From positions 64,001 through 128,000 of the forward strand of contig CAWHAE010000016.1 in assembly GCA_963827235.1 (NCBI GenBank): a DNA stretch of 64,000 nt. Reading direction: 5' to 3'. Numbering within the stretch: the first letter of the stretch is position 1; every line of letters begins with the position of its first letter. Origin of the DNA: an uncultured bacterium. GTDB lineage: Bacteria; Chloroflexota; UBA5177; JANWHV01. The notes below the pieces were generated by a model. That model saw only the letters and a program-made list of their open reading frames with translations. It did no database searches and was not told where the DNA came from. A program made the position numbers and the translations under genes. This document shows, piece after piece, positions 26,628 through 37,121 of the stretch.

Positions 26628-28994
26628 ATGCAGGCCGCCCGGCGCGCGTTATGCTACGGCGGCGGGCTGACTGCGCTGGTGAGCGGCGCATTCCTCCTGT
26701 TCCTGATCGCCAGGCCCGGGGACGCCACTGCTCTCACGGCGGGCGATGACTGGGGTACCGTCGCCTGTGATTTGGTGAGCCTAGTCTTCTGCGTTTTCGG
26801 ACTGTGGAGCATCGCCCATCCGCCCGGCGCCGGCGAAGGACCTGCGCGGCGATGCTCCCGCCTGTGGGTGTCGGGCCTGATCAGCGCAGCGGTGCTGAGC
26901 GCCACTGCCGGCGACGGCATCGCAGCCATCTATCAGGTGAACCTCGGCCACGCGCTGCCCTCGCCATCCTGGGTGGATGGATTCTATATCATTATGGGTC
27001 CGCTCCTGTTCGCGGGCATTGCCCAGCAGGCACGGCAGCGCGGATCGCCGTTTACGAAGCCTCGCGCGCTGGTGGATGCCTGTATGGTCATCGCCACCGC
27101 GGCGTGCTTCAGCTGGTATTTCGTGGTAGGACCGACGATAGTCGAGAGCAAAACCGCGCTGTTGGCCAATCTCGTGGACGCGGCGTATCCGGCCGGCGAC
27201 CTCTTCCTGATACTGTGTCTGGTTCTGCTGGCAGTCGGACAGGAAGGGGCGGCCACGCGACTCGCGAGTCTGGCGCTCGGGCTTGGGCTCGGCGTGGAGC
27301 TGGCAACGAACCGCGCATACGTCTATCTGTCCCTGCACGGTGGTTACACCGCGGGCCACGTGCTGGATGCGGGCTGGCCGCTCGGCTATCTGCTTATTGG
27401 GCTCAGCGTGTGGCTCGGCGCTGTCTCGCCGGAGCGCCCGCCACAAGGGGAGCGCACTGGCATCGCGGCGGTGCGCGGCGGACTGCTGCCGTCCTTGCTG
27501 GTCTACGCGCAACTCCCGGCCGTGGTAGTGCTGCTGGCGGCAGTCGGGCGCACCCGGCCGGCGCCCGGTATCGAAACCGGCGTCGACGTAGGTGCCATCC
27601 TGGTGGTGTGCTTGGCGGTGGCGCGCCACGTGCTCACGTGGTTCGAGGCCAGAGACGGCGCACACTGGATCGAGACTGCGGCGACGACGGATGCCCTCAC
27701 CGGTTTGCCCAACCGGGCGCGGCTGGGCGAGCAGCTCACCAGGGCGTTGCACGCGGGCAGCATCGCGGGTACACCCGTGGCACTGTTGCTACTCGACCTC
27801 GACCGCTTCAAAGAGATCAACGATTCGCTCGGCCATCACTACGGCGATCTGCTGCTGCAGCAGGTGGGAACCCGGCTGCGCGAGACATTGCGCGCCGACG
27901 ACTTCATCGGCCGGCTGGGCGGCGACGAGTTTGCCGCGATCCTCCCGCGGACCGCGGCGGCTGGGGCGGTCACGGTCTGCCGGTCGCTCGTACGGGCGCT
28001 GCAGGCGCCCTTCGTGGTCGAGGGCAAGACCGTAGGGTTGGGCGTCAGCATCGGCGCGGCCCTTGCGCCGGAGCATGGCACCGGCGCCGTGGAGCTGCTC
28101 AAGCACGCCGATGCGGCGATGTACCTCGCCAAGCGCGGGAATAGCGGACACGCTGTCTACGATCCGCTGCGCGACGAGCGCAGCGCGCCGTGCCTGACGA
28201 TGGTGGCTGAGCTGCGCCGGGGCATCGCGGAGGGAGAGCTGGAGCTCCACTATCAGCCCCAGGCCGACCTGCGCGATCGGCACGTCTATGGCGTGGAAGC
28301 GCTCGTGCACTGGAACCACCCGACGCGCGGACTGCTGCCGCCGGATGCCTTCATTCCGCTGGCGGAGCGCACCGGCGTCATCCTGCCGCTGACGACCTGG
28401 GTCCTGGACCAGGCGCTGGCGCAATGCCGCCGCTGGCTGGATAGAGGCCGCGACCTTGAGATTTCGGTCAATGTGTCGCTGCGCAATCTGCGGGATCCGA
28501 GCCTGTGCCAGACGGTGGAGACACTGCTGGCCCGCTATCGCGTGCCGGCTGAGCGCCTCTGCCTGGAGTTGACCGAAAGCACGGTCATGGCGGACATCGA
28601 GCTCTCCCAGGCCACGCTGCAGCAGTTGTGCGCCCTGGGCGTCCGCATCAGCATCGACGCTTTCGGCACCGGCTATTCGAGCCTCTCGCACCTCGCCCGT
28701 CTGCCGGTCAGCGAACTGAAGATCGATCGCTCGTTTGCGCAACGGGTGGCGGCAGACGAGAGCAACGCCACGATCATCGCCTCGACCATTGGACTCGGGC
28801 GCTCTCTCGGATTACGCATTGTGACCAAAGGCGTGGAGACGCGAGACGCGTGGGATCTGCTGGGCACGCTGGATTGCGACGCTGCGCAGGGGGTGTTCTT
28901 CGCGAACGCGCTCTCGGCAGAAGATCTGGAGGCATGGATGGATGGACAGGGGCAGGAGGGGACCCTGGCGGAAGAGCTGGGCGCCAGGCTATAG
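26628..28994 (+). CDS. Multi-TM sensor + GGDEF + degenerate EAL protein; start uncertain
   Basis: About 9-10 TM helices (YPAGD, DAGW motifs); DALTGLPNR, DLDRFKEINDSLGH, RADD I-site, RLGGDEF; EAL domain with VEAL and ELTE but DAFGTG and TKGVE. Confidence 0.9.
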   Translation: MQAARRALCYGGGLTALVSGAFLLFLIARPGDATALTAGDDWGTVACDLVSLVFCVFGLWSIAHPPGAGEGPARRCSRLWVSGLISAAVLSATAGDGIAAIYQVNLGHALPSPSWVDGFYIIMGPLLFAGIAQQARQRGSPFTKPRALVDACMVIATAACFSWYFVVGPTIVESKTALLANLVDAAYPAGDLFLILCLVLLAVGQEGAATRLASLALGLGLGVELATNRAYVYLSLHGGYTAGHVLDAGWPLGYLLIGLSVWLGAVSPERPPQGERTGIAAVRGGLLPSLLVYAQLPAVVVLLAAVGRTRPAPGIETGVDVGAILVVCLAVARHVLTWFEARDGAHWIETAATTDALTGLPNRARLGEQLTRALHAGSIAGTPVALLLLDLDRFKEINDSLGHHYGDLLLQQVGTRLRETLRADDFIGRLGGDEFAAILPRTAAAGAVTVCRSLVRALQAPFVVEGKTVGLGVSIGAALAPEHGTGAVELLKHADAAMYLAKRGNSGHAVYDPLRDERSAPCLTMVAELRRGIAEGELELHYQPQADLRDRHVYGVEALVHWNHPTRGLLPPDAFIPLAERTGVILPLTTWVLDQALAQCRRWLDRGRDLEISVNVSLRNLRDPSLCQTVETLLARYRVPAERLCLELTESTVMADIELSQATLQQLCALGVRISIDAFGTGYSSLSHLARLPVSELKIDRSFAQRVAADESNATIIASTIGLGRSLGLRIVTKGVETRDAWDLLGTLDCDAAQGVFFANALSAEDLEAWMDGQGQEGTLAEELGARL

Positions 28995-29124
28995 TGCTTG
29001 TGGGCAGGTTCCCGAGGACGCCAGCGCTCGCGAGTGAAGGGAGAGCAGCCATGTTTGCCGTTCCAGGCAGGTCGATCGACCTGCTCGACTTGTTCGCGCA
29101 CAACCCGCCGCTGGTCGCGCTGGC

Positions 29125-29636
29125 CTATCTACTCGCATACGTCATGAGTATGCAGCCGTAAGTGGGCCGCTCCTGCACAGGATACGGCCGTCTCCAGCCG
29201 AGATTCCGGAGATGGTGCTCGGGCTGCACGCCTCCCGGGTAGGGCGCCGATATCGCCAGGGCTCCGGCGCGCAGCATCAGCGTTCGGGCGACGCGGAACG
29301 CGGTGGCGCCCGGCTCGATCCGTCCCGGCGGAGGATGCCGCAAGGGAGTTTGCCCCCGGCAGGGCACGAAGCGCCGACCTGCTTCGCCGCTCCGGCACGA
29401 TCGCGGCCGGCACGATCGCAGGCGCGGAAGATCGTGCTCATCGCAGACCGGTGCGCGACCCGCTCAACCTCGTAGCGTCCGACGAGCAGCCTACCGGGAG
29501 CCAGCTCATCGCCGGCACCGCGACAGGCGCACTGTATGCCGACCGGACACGGGGTTTCGGGCATAAGGTGCAGACCGCAGATGCTGCAGGGTGTGGCTAT
29601 CGCACGCACGCCGGTCGTGTTTGGCGTCGTCATCAC
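29125..29636 (-). pseudogene. Probable remnant of a zinc-ribbon + Ser/Thr protein kinase gene
   Basis: CSICG...CP, then LAPGRLLVGRYEVERVAHRSAMSTIFRACDR...AAKQ resembling Hanks kinase subdomains I-II with a broken Gly loop; no HRD or DFG follows. Confidence 0.5.
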
Positions 29637-29854
29637 CGACCACTCTGGTACATCCGTCGCCGCGACGGCACTGGAGCGGGATGCGCCCGTCGAACTGCGA
29701 CCAGAGGCGGATGCCCAGCAGGGCTCGAACGGGAACCTGCCAATGGGCCGAGGCGTAGAAGGCTCCTACAGACTACTCATTGCGGGCGGCGCAGTCTAGA
29801 CGCACAATAGTGCCATATGGCCAGATTATTAGCGCTCCGAATGGGAGGCCACCC

Positions 29855-32074
29855 GTGAAAATCGTGCCTGAGCGACGCTTACGCATCCGCAGATCTCTCT
29901 CGCTGCTCGCCGCGGCGCTCCTAGCAGTATCGTGGCCGGCGCCGGCCGCGGTGACCGGCGTCCATGCCGGTCCCGCGCACATACAGTACGTCGACGGCGA
30001 GATCCTGATCGTCAACTACACCGGGCCAGCCTACGTCTACTTTGGCGGTCAGCGACACCTGATCGAGGACAAGGCCGACTGGGTACCGCTGGGCTATCTG
30101 AGCAAGAACTTCGCGTACGTGAACGATACGGACGTCAGCGGGATCGTGTCCGGTGCACCGGTGCAACTGCAGACAGTGGGCAGTGGGCTGGTCTATCCCC
30201 TGGCACCCATTGCGTGCTCGCCAATCACGTTCACACTGGGCCAAGCAAGCATTTCTACAGGACAGGATCTCGCGCTGTCGGGCAGAGGGTTCTCGGCCGG
30301 TGAGACCGTCAATCTCGAGTTCGGCGGCACTACACAACCCGTGGGCGCCGATGCAAACGGCGCGTTCTCGGCACTGATCTCTGTACCCAGCACCATGGCC
30401 CAGGGTCTGCAGCCGGTCTTCGCCCAAGGTGCTACCAGTCACTCGTTCGGCATGGAGTTCGTACACGTCACTCCGGCGATGTCGACCCTGGTGACCGCCG
30501 TACCCGCACAGGCCGCGCCGGGTAGCACGATCGCCGTGAGCGGCTCCGGATTCGCGGCCAACGAGACTGTAGACGTCTTCCTCTCTACCTCGGCAGCCGC
30601 CGAGACGACAGCAGGGGCCCAAGGCACGTTCGGCCCGGTCAGCCTACCGGTCTCGTCCAGCCTGGCCACGGGAACCTATCCTCTGGTAGCCTACGGAAAG
30701 TCCAGTACCGGCTCCGCAGTGACGCAAGTTGTCGTCTCGCCGGCCGTCCCCACTCCCTTGCCGGTAACGGTCGCGGTAGTCCCGGGCACGGTTCAGGCCG
30801 GCAACAGCATCGTGCTCAGTGGCTCCGGCTTCTCGCCGAACGAGAAGCTGACTATTCAGCTCGGCACGACCACCATCTTCACCACGGCCGCGGACTTGAG
30901 CGGGAACTTCAGCGGACTCTCATACGCCATCCCAGTGACCATGGCCGCCGGCACGTACCCGGTGACCGTCTACGGCGCGACCTCCAGCCGAATGGCCAGC
31001 GCGAGCCTGACCGTGACCACCGGCGCGATCGCCGCCATCGCGGCCGTTCCGCAGAGCGCGCGACCCGGCGATTCGGTTGTGATTACCGGCACGGGGTTCC
31101 TGGCAAACGAGAACGTGGCAGTGAGTCTGGGAAGCTCGGTCGTCGCGCACGCCACGGCAGATGCCGGCGGCACATTCAGAAGCGGGCCGTTTGCCGTTCC
31201 CGAGCTTGCAGCGGGCGACTACACGCTGAAGGCAACCGGCGCGGGCAGCGGGCGAACGGCAACCGCTACCCTGATCGTGCTCACCGCTCCACACGCCACG
31301 GTGCAACCCAACAGTGTGGAGCAGGGAAAGGACGCCACTCTGGCGGGAGTCGGATTCGACGCCGGGGAAACGATACAGGTGAAGGAAGGCAGCGTCGTGC
31401 TGACCACGGTCACAGCCGATGCCAACGGCGGCTTCTCCGTCAGCATCGGTGCCAAGCTGAAGGTCGGCCGACACGTGTTGACGGTTGCCGGCACTGCCAG
31501 CGGGCGCAGTGCGCAGGCCGCGCTCACCGTATCGGCCACTGTGGCGGCGAAGCTTACGCTCAGCAGCGCTACGTCACCTTCGGGCGGCACGATCACGGCC
31601 TCCGGCGACCATTTTCAGGCGGGTGAAGCCGTGAGCATTCGCCTGGCCGGCAGCCTGCTGCTGACCACCCGCGCAAACGCCAAGGGCCAGTTCAGCCGCG
31701 TCGCGGTGCATCTGCCACGCGCTCTCCGCGCCGGTCGCTATTATATCGGAGCAACCGGGAATACCAGCAAGCGGTCTGCCACTGCCGCGATACAGATCGA
31801 GTCGGCCCAGGCAACGGGAATCGCGTTGTCGACGGGCCGGGTACGAGCAGGGCAAACCGTGGTCGTGTCCGGGCGTGGTTTCGGCACATCGGAGATCGTG
31901 CTGGTCAGCCTGCGCGGCGCGGTGCTGACCGCGGTGATGTCCAGCGCGCAAGGTAGCTTCCAGGAGACCATCACCGTGCCGGCGCACGCTCCGCTCGGTT
32001 CGACGGCCATCGTCTGCACCGGCGTCAAGAGCAAGAAGCACGCGCAGGCAACGATAGTGATCGTAGCCGGCTGA
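29855..32074 (+). CDS. Secreted surface protein with about 7 tandem Ig/IPT-like beta-sandwich repeats
   Basis: Signal peptide; repeats of G.GF.AGE.V...A...G.F...P...G.Y...A.G..S...A; GGGAGG RBS before GTG. Confidence 0.8.
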   Translation: MKIVPERRLRIRRSLSLLAAALLAVSWPAPAAVTGVHAGPAHIQYVDGEILIVNYTGPAYVYFGGQRHLIEDKADWVPLGYLSKNFAYVNDTDVSGIVSGAPVQLQTVGSGLVYPLAPIACSPITFTLGQASISTGQDLALSGRGFSAGETVNLEFGGTTQPVGADANGAFSALISVPSTMAQGLQPVFAQGATSHSFGMEFVHVTPAMSTLVTAVPAQAAPGSTIAVSGSGFAANETVDVFLSTSAAAETTAGAQGTFGPVSLPVSSSLATGTYPLVAYGKSSTGSAVTQVVVSPAVPTPLPVTVAVVPGTVQAGNSIVLSGSGFSPNEKLTIQLGTTTIFTTAADLSGNFSGLSYAIPVTMAAGTYPVTVYGATSSRMASASLTVTTGAIAAIAAVPQSARPGDSVVITGTGFLANENVAVSLGSSVVAHATADAGGTFRSGPFAVPELAAGDYTLKATGAGSGRTATATLIVLTAPHATVQPNSVEQGKDATLAGVGFDAGETIQVKEGSVVLTTVTADANGGFSVSIGAKLKVGRHVLTVAGTASGRSAQAALTVSATVAAKLTLSSATSPSGGTITASGDHFQAGEAVSIRLAGSLLLTTRANAKGQFSRVAVHLPRALRAGRYYIGATGNTSKRSATAAIQIESAQATGIALSTGRVRAGQTVVVSGRGFGTSEIVLVSLRGAVLTAVMSSAQGSFQETITVPAHAPLGSTAIVCTGVKSKKHAQATIVIVAG

Positions 32075-32094
32075 AGCCCACGACCGTCCGGTCT

Positions 32095-32142
32095 GGGAGG
32101 TTCCGGAGCTGAAGGCCGTGCTCGGCAGCTCCGGAACCTCCC
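32095..32142. terminator. Stem-loop between convergent genes
   Basis: 17-bp perfect inverted repeat GGGAGGTTCCGGAGCTG / CAGCTCCGGAACCTCCC. Confidence 0.7.
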
Positions 32143-32411
32143 GCAGCCAAGAAGGGAGCACCGGCGAGTGCCGGAGGACGTCCCTGCCTGGCTGCTCGAC
32201 TCGTCGCGCAGCCAAGCGGTGCGCTCGAGACGCTCGCCGTTCGGCCGCGGAGCCGCCGTGGCCTGCGAGCCGTGCGTCCACGCTCGATTGCTATCTATGG
32301 GGGACGCGAGGGCTGGGTTCACCTCCGCCACGCCGGGCGGCGGGCAGGTCCCACCTACGTGCGAAAGCAGGCCGGAACGAGCCCGCGCGGGCCGATCATC
32401 GAGACGCGCCG

Positions 32412-32843
32412 CTACTGCTCGCTTCGAAGTAGGGCATAGGCGTCGTCCAGCGCCTCCAGCTGATCGGCAGTGTCTTCGAGCAGAGCCAGACGTGTATGCA
32501 ACGACTCGTAGCGTTCAGCGATCTCGTCGTTCGGCGTGCCGACCGAGAGACCAAGCAGCCTGAGTGCGCTCAGACGCGAGTTATAGCGCGCTATCCATTC
32601 GTTGCGCACCCGGTCGAGGTCTTGCTCCGAACGCGTTCGCGGCCTGCGGCGGCGTTCACCGCGTTCGCCGAGCGCCTGATCCGGCTGCCCGCGGCGTGGC
32701 TTGCGCCAGAATGGTATGTACCAGCCCGTGTTGCGCCCGCCGGACGCCTGGCGACGCCGAGACGGCCGCCTGGCGCCGGACTCCGTCGAGGTTTCGTCGT
32801 CAGCCAGGTTCGTGCTCCATCCACCTGCTAGCGGGACATCCAT
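32412..32843 (-). CDS. Hypothetical protein with C-terminal J-domain-like helical region lacking HPD
   Basis: LRLLGLSVGTPNDEIAERYESL...LEALDDAYALL resembles DnaJ helices; start uncertain. Confidence 0.5.
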   Translation of the reverse strand: MDVPLAGGWSTNLADDETSTESGARRPSRRRQASGGRNTGWYIPFWRKPRRGQPDQALGERGERRRRPRTRSEQDLDRVRNEWIARYNSRLSALRLLGLSVGTPNDEIAERYESLHTRLALLEDTADQLEALDDAYALLRSEQ

Positions 32844-33032
32844 GGACAAGCCCGTTTCGCGGCATCGGACTCATCCATCCTTCGGCTTAAGGTAACACAC
32901 CATGGTAGGCATGTACCTCCAGGATATCGACCACTACCTTCGGGCGCCGCATGGCCGTCCGGTGTGCCCCACGCGGGTGGTGCCGGCTCTACGACGAGCC
33001 ATGCCGGTTCCGACAGCGGCCAATCGCTTCCG

Positions 33033-33344
33033 TTATCCGGAACGCGGCAGATCCCCGCCAGCGGACCGGCAAGCGTATGGTATATCGTGCTCGACGCTCA
33101 AGGCGCCGGAACCCTCGCAACGGAGCGCGGCAACGCCATGGCAGTGCAGGCAGTGGGCACTCACCGTACCGTCGACGTCATAGAGCCATTCGCCCAGCCG
33201 ATGCCCGAACTGGCGAGCAGAGCACCGCAGCGCCATGCGCATGGCAGATGTCACGAGCTCGACGGGCGAGGCAGGTGCGGCGGCGCTGCCCGTCTCCGCT
33301 TCCAGGTCAATGCTGAGGAGACGGCCCGAAGACGGCAAATACAT
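33033..33344 (-). CDS. Small hypothetical protein, possible metal-binding site
   Basis: GHRLGEW...AHCLHC...C pattern in a 103-aa ORF. Confidence 0.4.
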   Translation of the reverse strand: MYLPSSGRLLSIDLEAETGSAAAPASPVELVTSAMRMALRCSARQFGHRLGEWLYDVDGTVSAHCLHCHGVAALRCEGSGALSVEHDIPYACRSAGGDLPRSG

Positions 33345-33831
33345 GGCATACTCTCAGCACGGCCGCTACGGCCCATCAGGTGCCAACCGTGCTCGCTCCC
33401 GGCTCCCATCGTCTCACGGGTCTAGAGCACGCCCTATACCCGATGGAGTAAGAGCCATGGGACTGCATCCGAAACGTCGGACGCGGCCATTGCCGTGGGT
33501 GCTGCCGGCAAAGTGCGTCGATTGGGCGCGCTCGCAGGCGCGGTGGACGGCGCCGCCGTACGGCCTGCCGAGGCGCCGGGTGCCAACGGTATCGCCCAGG
33601 AACCGGGCCGGTAATGTGCCGAGAGAGTGGCCGCACCCGGCATCGGCGATCCGGCCGACAACCGGCGCGGCGTGGTACGTTTCACTTGAAGGTCCTGCCC
33701 TGTCACGCCCGGGGGTTCGCGGGCGACTGAAACGGCAGACGTCCAGGCAGCGGGACGTGGGGACGCGGCAGTCGAGTATCTGGAGCCGGAGGATCTGGCC
33801 GGCACGGTGAGCATGAGCCGGTCACGGAGCA

Positions 33832-34353
33832 ATGCAGCCTCTTTTCGCGCCAGGTGAGCCATCCGAGGCGGCCCAGCCCACGTTCCTCGTGGACGAGAAC
33901 GTGGCCTCCCTGGCACGCCGGCTTCGCTGGCTCGGCTTCGACGCGATTACCGATCCGGCCCTCGACGACGGCGGCCTGGTAGCGCTGTCGGAAGCCGACC
34001 GCAGAGTGTTGCTTACTCGCGACCGCGGCATACTGCTCCGGCGGCCGATCGCGCTGGGCCGCGTTCAGGCGCTGTGGATCGCGAGCGACAAGCCGTGGCT
34101 GCAGCTGGCCCAGGTCGTGCGGGACCTCGGCCTCGACCCGATGCGCCAGGCTTGCACGCGCTGTGTGCGCTGCAACGTGCCGCTTCAACCCGTGTCTCGC
34201 GAGGCGGCGGCCGCGGACGTGCCCCCGTATATCTCCACCACGCATACGCACTTCACTCGTTGTCCCCGCTGCCGGCGCTACTTCTGGCGCGGCTCGCACT
34301 GGGAACGCGTGCGCACCTACCTCAACCGGCACCTCAATCCGGCTGAGGACTGA
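33832..34353 (+). CDS. Mut7-C RNase domain (PIN-like + zinc ribbon) protein
   Basis: FLVDENV..LARRLRWLGFD, RVLLTRDR, TRCVRCN, CPRC..YFW.GSHW. Confidence 0.9.
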   Translation: MQPLFAPGEPSEAAQPTFLVDENVASLARRLRWLGFDAITDPALDDGGLVALSEADRRVLLTRDRGILLRRPIALGRVQALWIASDKPWLQLAQVVRDLGLDPMRQACTRCVRCNVPLQPVSREAAAADVPPYISTTHTHFTRCPRCRRYFWRGSHWERVRTYLNRHLNPAED

Positions 34354-34401
34354 CGCATAGGCATGGATGCCGGGCGGCCGCCCGTATCGGCATCGAGCCG
34401 G

Positions 34402-35431
34402 TCAGCGCCGCGCCACCTGAAGGTCTCGCTCGCGCGGCAGTCTGAACCAGAATCTCTTCGCAGGCGGAGCGCACCTCGTCGTCCAGGGCCGTTTCCACGC
34501 CCGCCAGGCTCTGCTCGAGCTGCTCGGGCCGGCTGGCACCCACGATGGCGCACGTCACGCCCGCCCGAGCGAGGACCCAGGCTAGGGCGACGTGCACGAG
34601 CTTCAAGCTGCGCGCTTCCACGAACGCGTCGAGCTCGTCCACGAGGTCGAACACGTCTTCCTTCCAGTAGCGGCGCCGGTACAGTTCGCCGGCGCCGGTG
34701 AGAGCAAACCGCGTGCCCTCCGCGAGGTCGCGCGCGCGCCGGTAGCGGCCGGTCAGCATACCTCCGGCCAGCGGGTTGTACACGATGAGGCCCACGCCAT
34801 GCTGCAGGCACAGCGGCATGATCTCGTCCTCGATCATCCTGAACAGCATGTTGTAGCGCGGCTGATCGCAGTCGAAGCGGGCCAAGCCATGCAAGGCGCT
34901 CGTCCAGAGCGCGTCGGCTAGCCGCCACGCGGGATAGTTCGAGCAGCCGATGTAGCGCACCTTGCCGCTCTGCACCAGCGAGTCCAGCGCCCTTAGCGTC
35001 TCCTCGATCGGCGTATTCGGATCCGGTGAGTGAACCTGGTAGAGGTCGATATAGTCGGTGCCGAGCCTGCGCAGGCTTGCCTCGCAGGCAGCAATGACGT
35101 GCTTCCGCGAAAGGCCTTCGTCGTTCGGCAAGGAGCCCATGCGGCCACAGCACTTGGTGGCCAGCACGACGCGCTCTCGAGCCTGCCTGTCTTTCAGCCA
35201 ATTACCGACGATCTCTTCTGTCCGCCCCACGGTGGTCAGCGTGCCGCCAAGCGGATACACGTCGGCCGTATCGAAGAAGTTCACGCCCGATCTGTCGGCC
35301 ACGTCCATAATGGCGAACGCCGCCGGCTGATCTGCCTGATTGCCGAAGGTCATCGTGCCCAGGCAAACCTCGCTCACCTTCAGCCCGGTACGGCCGAGTT
35401 GCTTGATCTTCACGTCGTGTCCTCCGCTCAT
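34402..35431 (-). CDS. Aldo/keto reductase; 1-nt insertion near 34451 alters the C-terminus (literal ORF runs to 34334)
   Basis: LGTMTFG, FDTADVY, LATK, IDLYQVH, IGCSN, YNPLAGGMLTG; shifted frame gives EIWFRLPRERDLQVARR* ending 34402. Confidence 0.9.
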
Positions 35432-35810
35432 CTCTCCTGCACCACCGGCCTGGCATCGGACAGCACAGCCGGACGATGGCTACTTCCAGTAGCATGCTAG
35501 ATACGCGTCTCGCGAATGCGCAAGGGGGCGACGTGCTCGCTTCCATACTCGAGCCACGCTGAACAGCGCACGGGCGGACTGAATTCCGCACTGGGCGGGC
35601 CGTGAGCAACCCGGGGACGAATCCCGGGGCATTGCCGCGGTGTCTCACTCGAGTCATGGAATCACTACGTTCGGCGCTATCCAGGCCAAGGAGGAACCCG
35701 CAGGGAAGCAGTGAACTCCGCGCTTGACGCCTGATGACGCGCATCGGCACAGGTGTGCTGGGGCATCGAAGCATCTTCGCCGGCACTCTGGGTCCCGACG
35801 TGGTCCGAAT

Positions 35811-36953
35811 TCAGGCGACGAGATTGTCGACGATCAGTCTTGCCGCCGCCGTGCAGCCGCGCACGAAGCCGAACAGCGGCCCCAGGTCTCGCGTTGCGGC
35901 AAGGCCCGTGAAGTAGAGGCCGGGAACGGTCGACTGCATGGCGTCGTCGAGCACGGGAAAGCCGTCGACAATCCGCAGGCGCGCCGCGACAGATTTGCTG
36001 CTGACCAGCGCCAACCTCGAGACGTCGACCACGTAGCCGGTGGCAAACAGCACGAAGTCGACACGCAGACGCGACTGGTTGTCCAGGACCACGTCGATCT
36101 GACCGTTCGGCGCCATGCCGTAGCCCGTGATGCTGCGATGCGGCCACGACAGAATACCGCCTCGACCGAGCCGATCCCACAGCCACGGCTCCAGCTTGAG
36201 CCTGGCCTCCTCCCAGAACTGCCTCTCCACCGCCTGGCGGTCGCGGTCGGACAGCTTGCGATACCATCCGGGCTCGGAGAGCATCTCGGCGACGTGACTG
36301 TCTATCCACGACCAGTCCGAGGGCGCAAAGCGGGGCATATCGTGCCGGTACACGACGTGCACCTCGGCACCGCACTCCTCGTTGATCAGTGCCGCCCACT
36401 CGAATGCACTCTGCCTGCCACCCACTATAAGGCACCTCTTGTCCCGCAGCGCCGTGAAATCCACCAGGTCGCAGGTGTGGGCATACCGGTCCGCGGGAAG
36501 GCTCGCCACGAGTTCCTGGGGAACATGCTTGTAGTCCTTGTATCCTGTGGCCATCACCACGTTGCGGGCGACTACATGATCCCCTGACACCAGGTCGGCC
36601 GTGAAACCCGAGTCCGTGGCAGTTAGTGAGGCCGCGAAGTCCGGTACCACGTCAAGCGTGTTCTGGGTTAGAAACCACTCGGCATAGTCGAGGAACAGCC
36701 TCACGGGAATGGGCAGCACGCTCGAAGGTTGCAGCGCCCGTTCGTGCAGAAACGCTTCGAGGGTATAGATCTCGTTCGGATCGAGGTGCCAGTCGAGGCC
36801 GGAGCGAAGCAGCATACGAGGCGGCATGTTGTGCTTCCAGAAACCCATGGGCTCACCGAGGATCCGGCAGCTACATCCTCGGGATCGCGCGTAAGCCGCA
36901 ATGGCCAACCCGTTGGGCCCAGCGCCGATAACCAGCAGGTCGACGCTCTTCAT
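35811..36953 (-). CDS. FAD/NAD(P)-dependent oxidoreductase (flavoprotein monooxygenase-like)
   Basis: VIGAGPNG, MATG, IVGGRQSAFE, FATGY, PGLYFTG motifs. Confidence 0.85.
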   Translation of the reverse strand: MKSVDLLVIGAGPNGLAIAAYARSRGCSCRILGEPMGFWKHNMPPRMLLRSGLDWHLDPNEIYTLEAFLHERALQPSSVLPIPVRLFLDYAEWFLTQNTLDVVPDFAASLTATDSGFTADLVSGDHVVARNVVMATGYKDYKHVPQELVASLPADRYAHTCDLVDFTALRDKRCLIVGGRQSAFEWAALINEECGAEVHVVYRHDMPRFAPSDWSWIDSHVAEMLSEPGWYRKLSDRDRQAVERQFWEEARLKLEPWLWDRLGRGGILSWPHRSITGYGMAPNGQIDVVLDNQSRLRVDFVLFATGYVVDVSRLALVSSKSVAARLRIVDGFPVLDDAMQSTVPGLYFTGLAATRDLGPLFGFVRGCTAAARLIVDNLVA

Positions 36954-37121
36954 CGCGCATCCGTCCTCTCGAGCATGTCAGGCATGTGGTTGTGCCGGCG
37001 GCCCAACGCCTGAACGCCGAACCGGCTCGGCGTTGTTCCACCGCGGGCACGGCTGGTCACAACCTAGCACGCCGGGCCGCCGGCGATCAACAGGATGTTG
37101 GTGCCGTCTCGCGCCGCTCAC

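Noticed and set aside
33832-34353. Mut7-C/PIN protein as the toxin of a TA pair
   Set aside because: No convincing antitoxin ORF directly upstream; Mut7-C proteins commonly occur alone.
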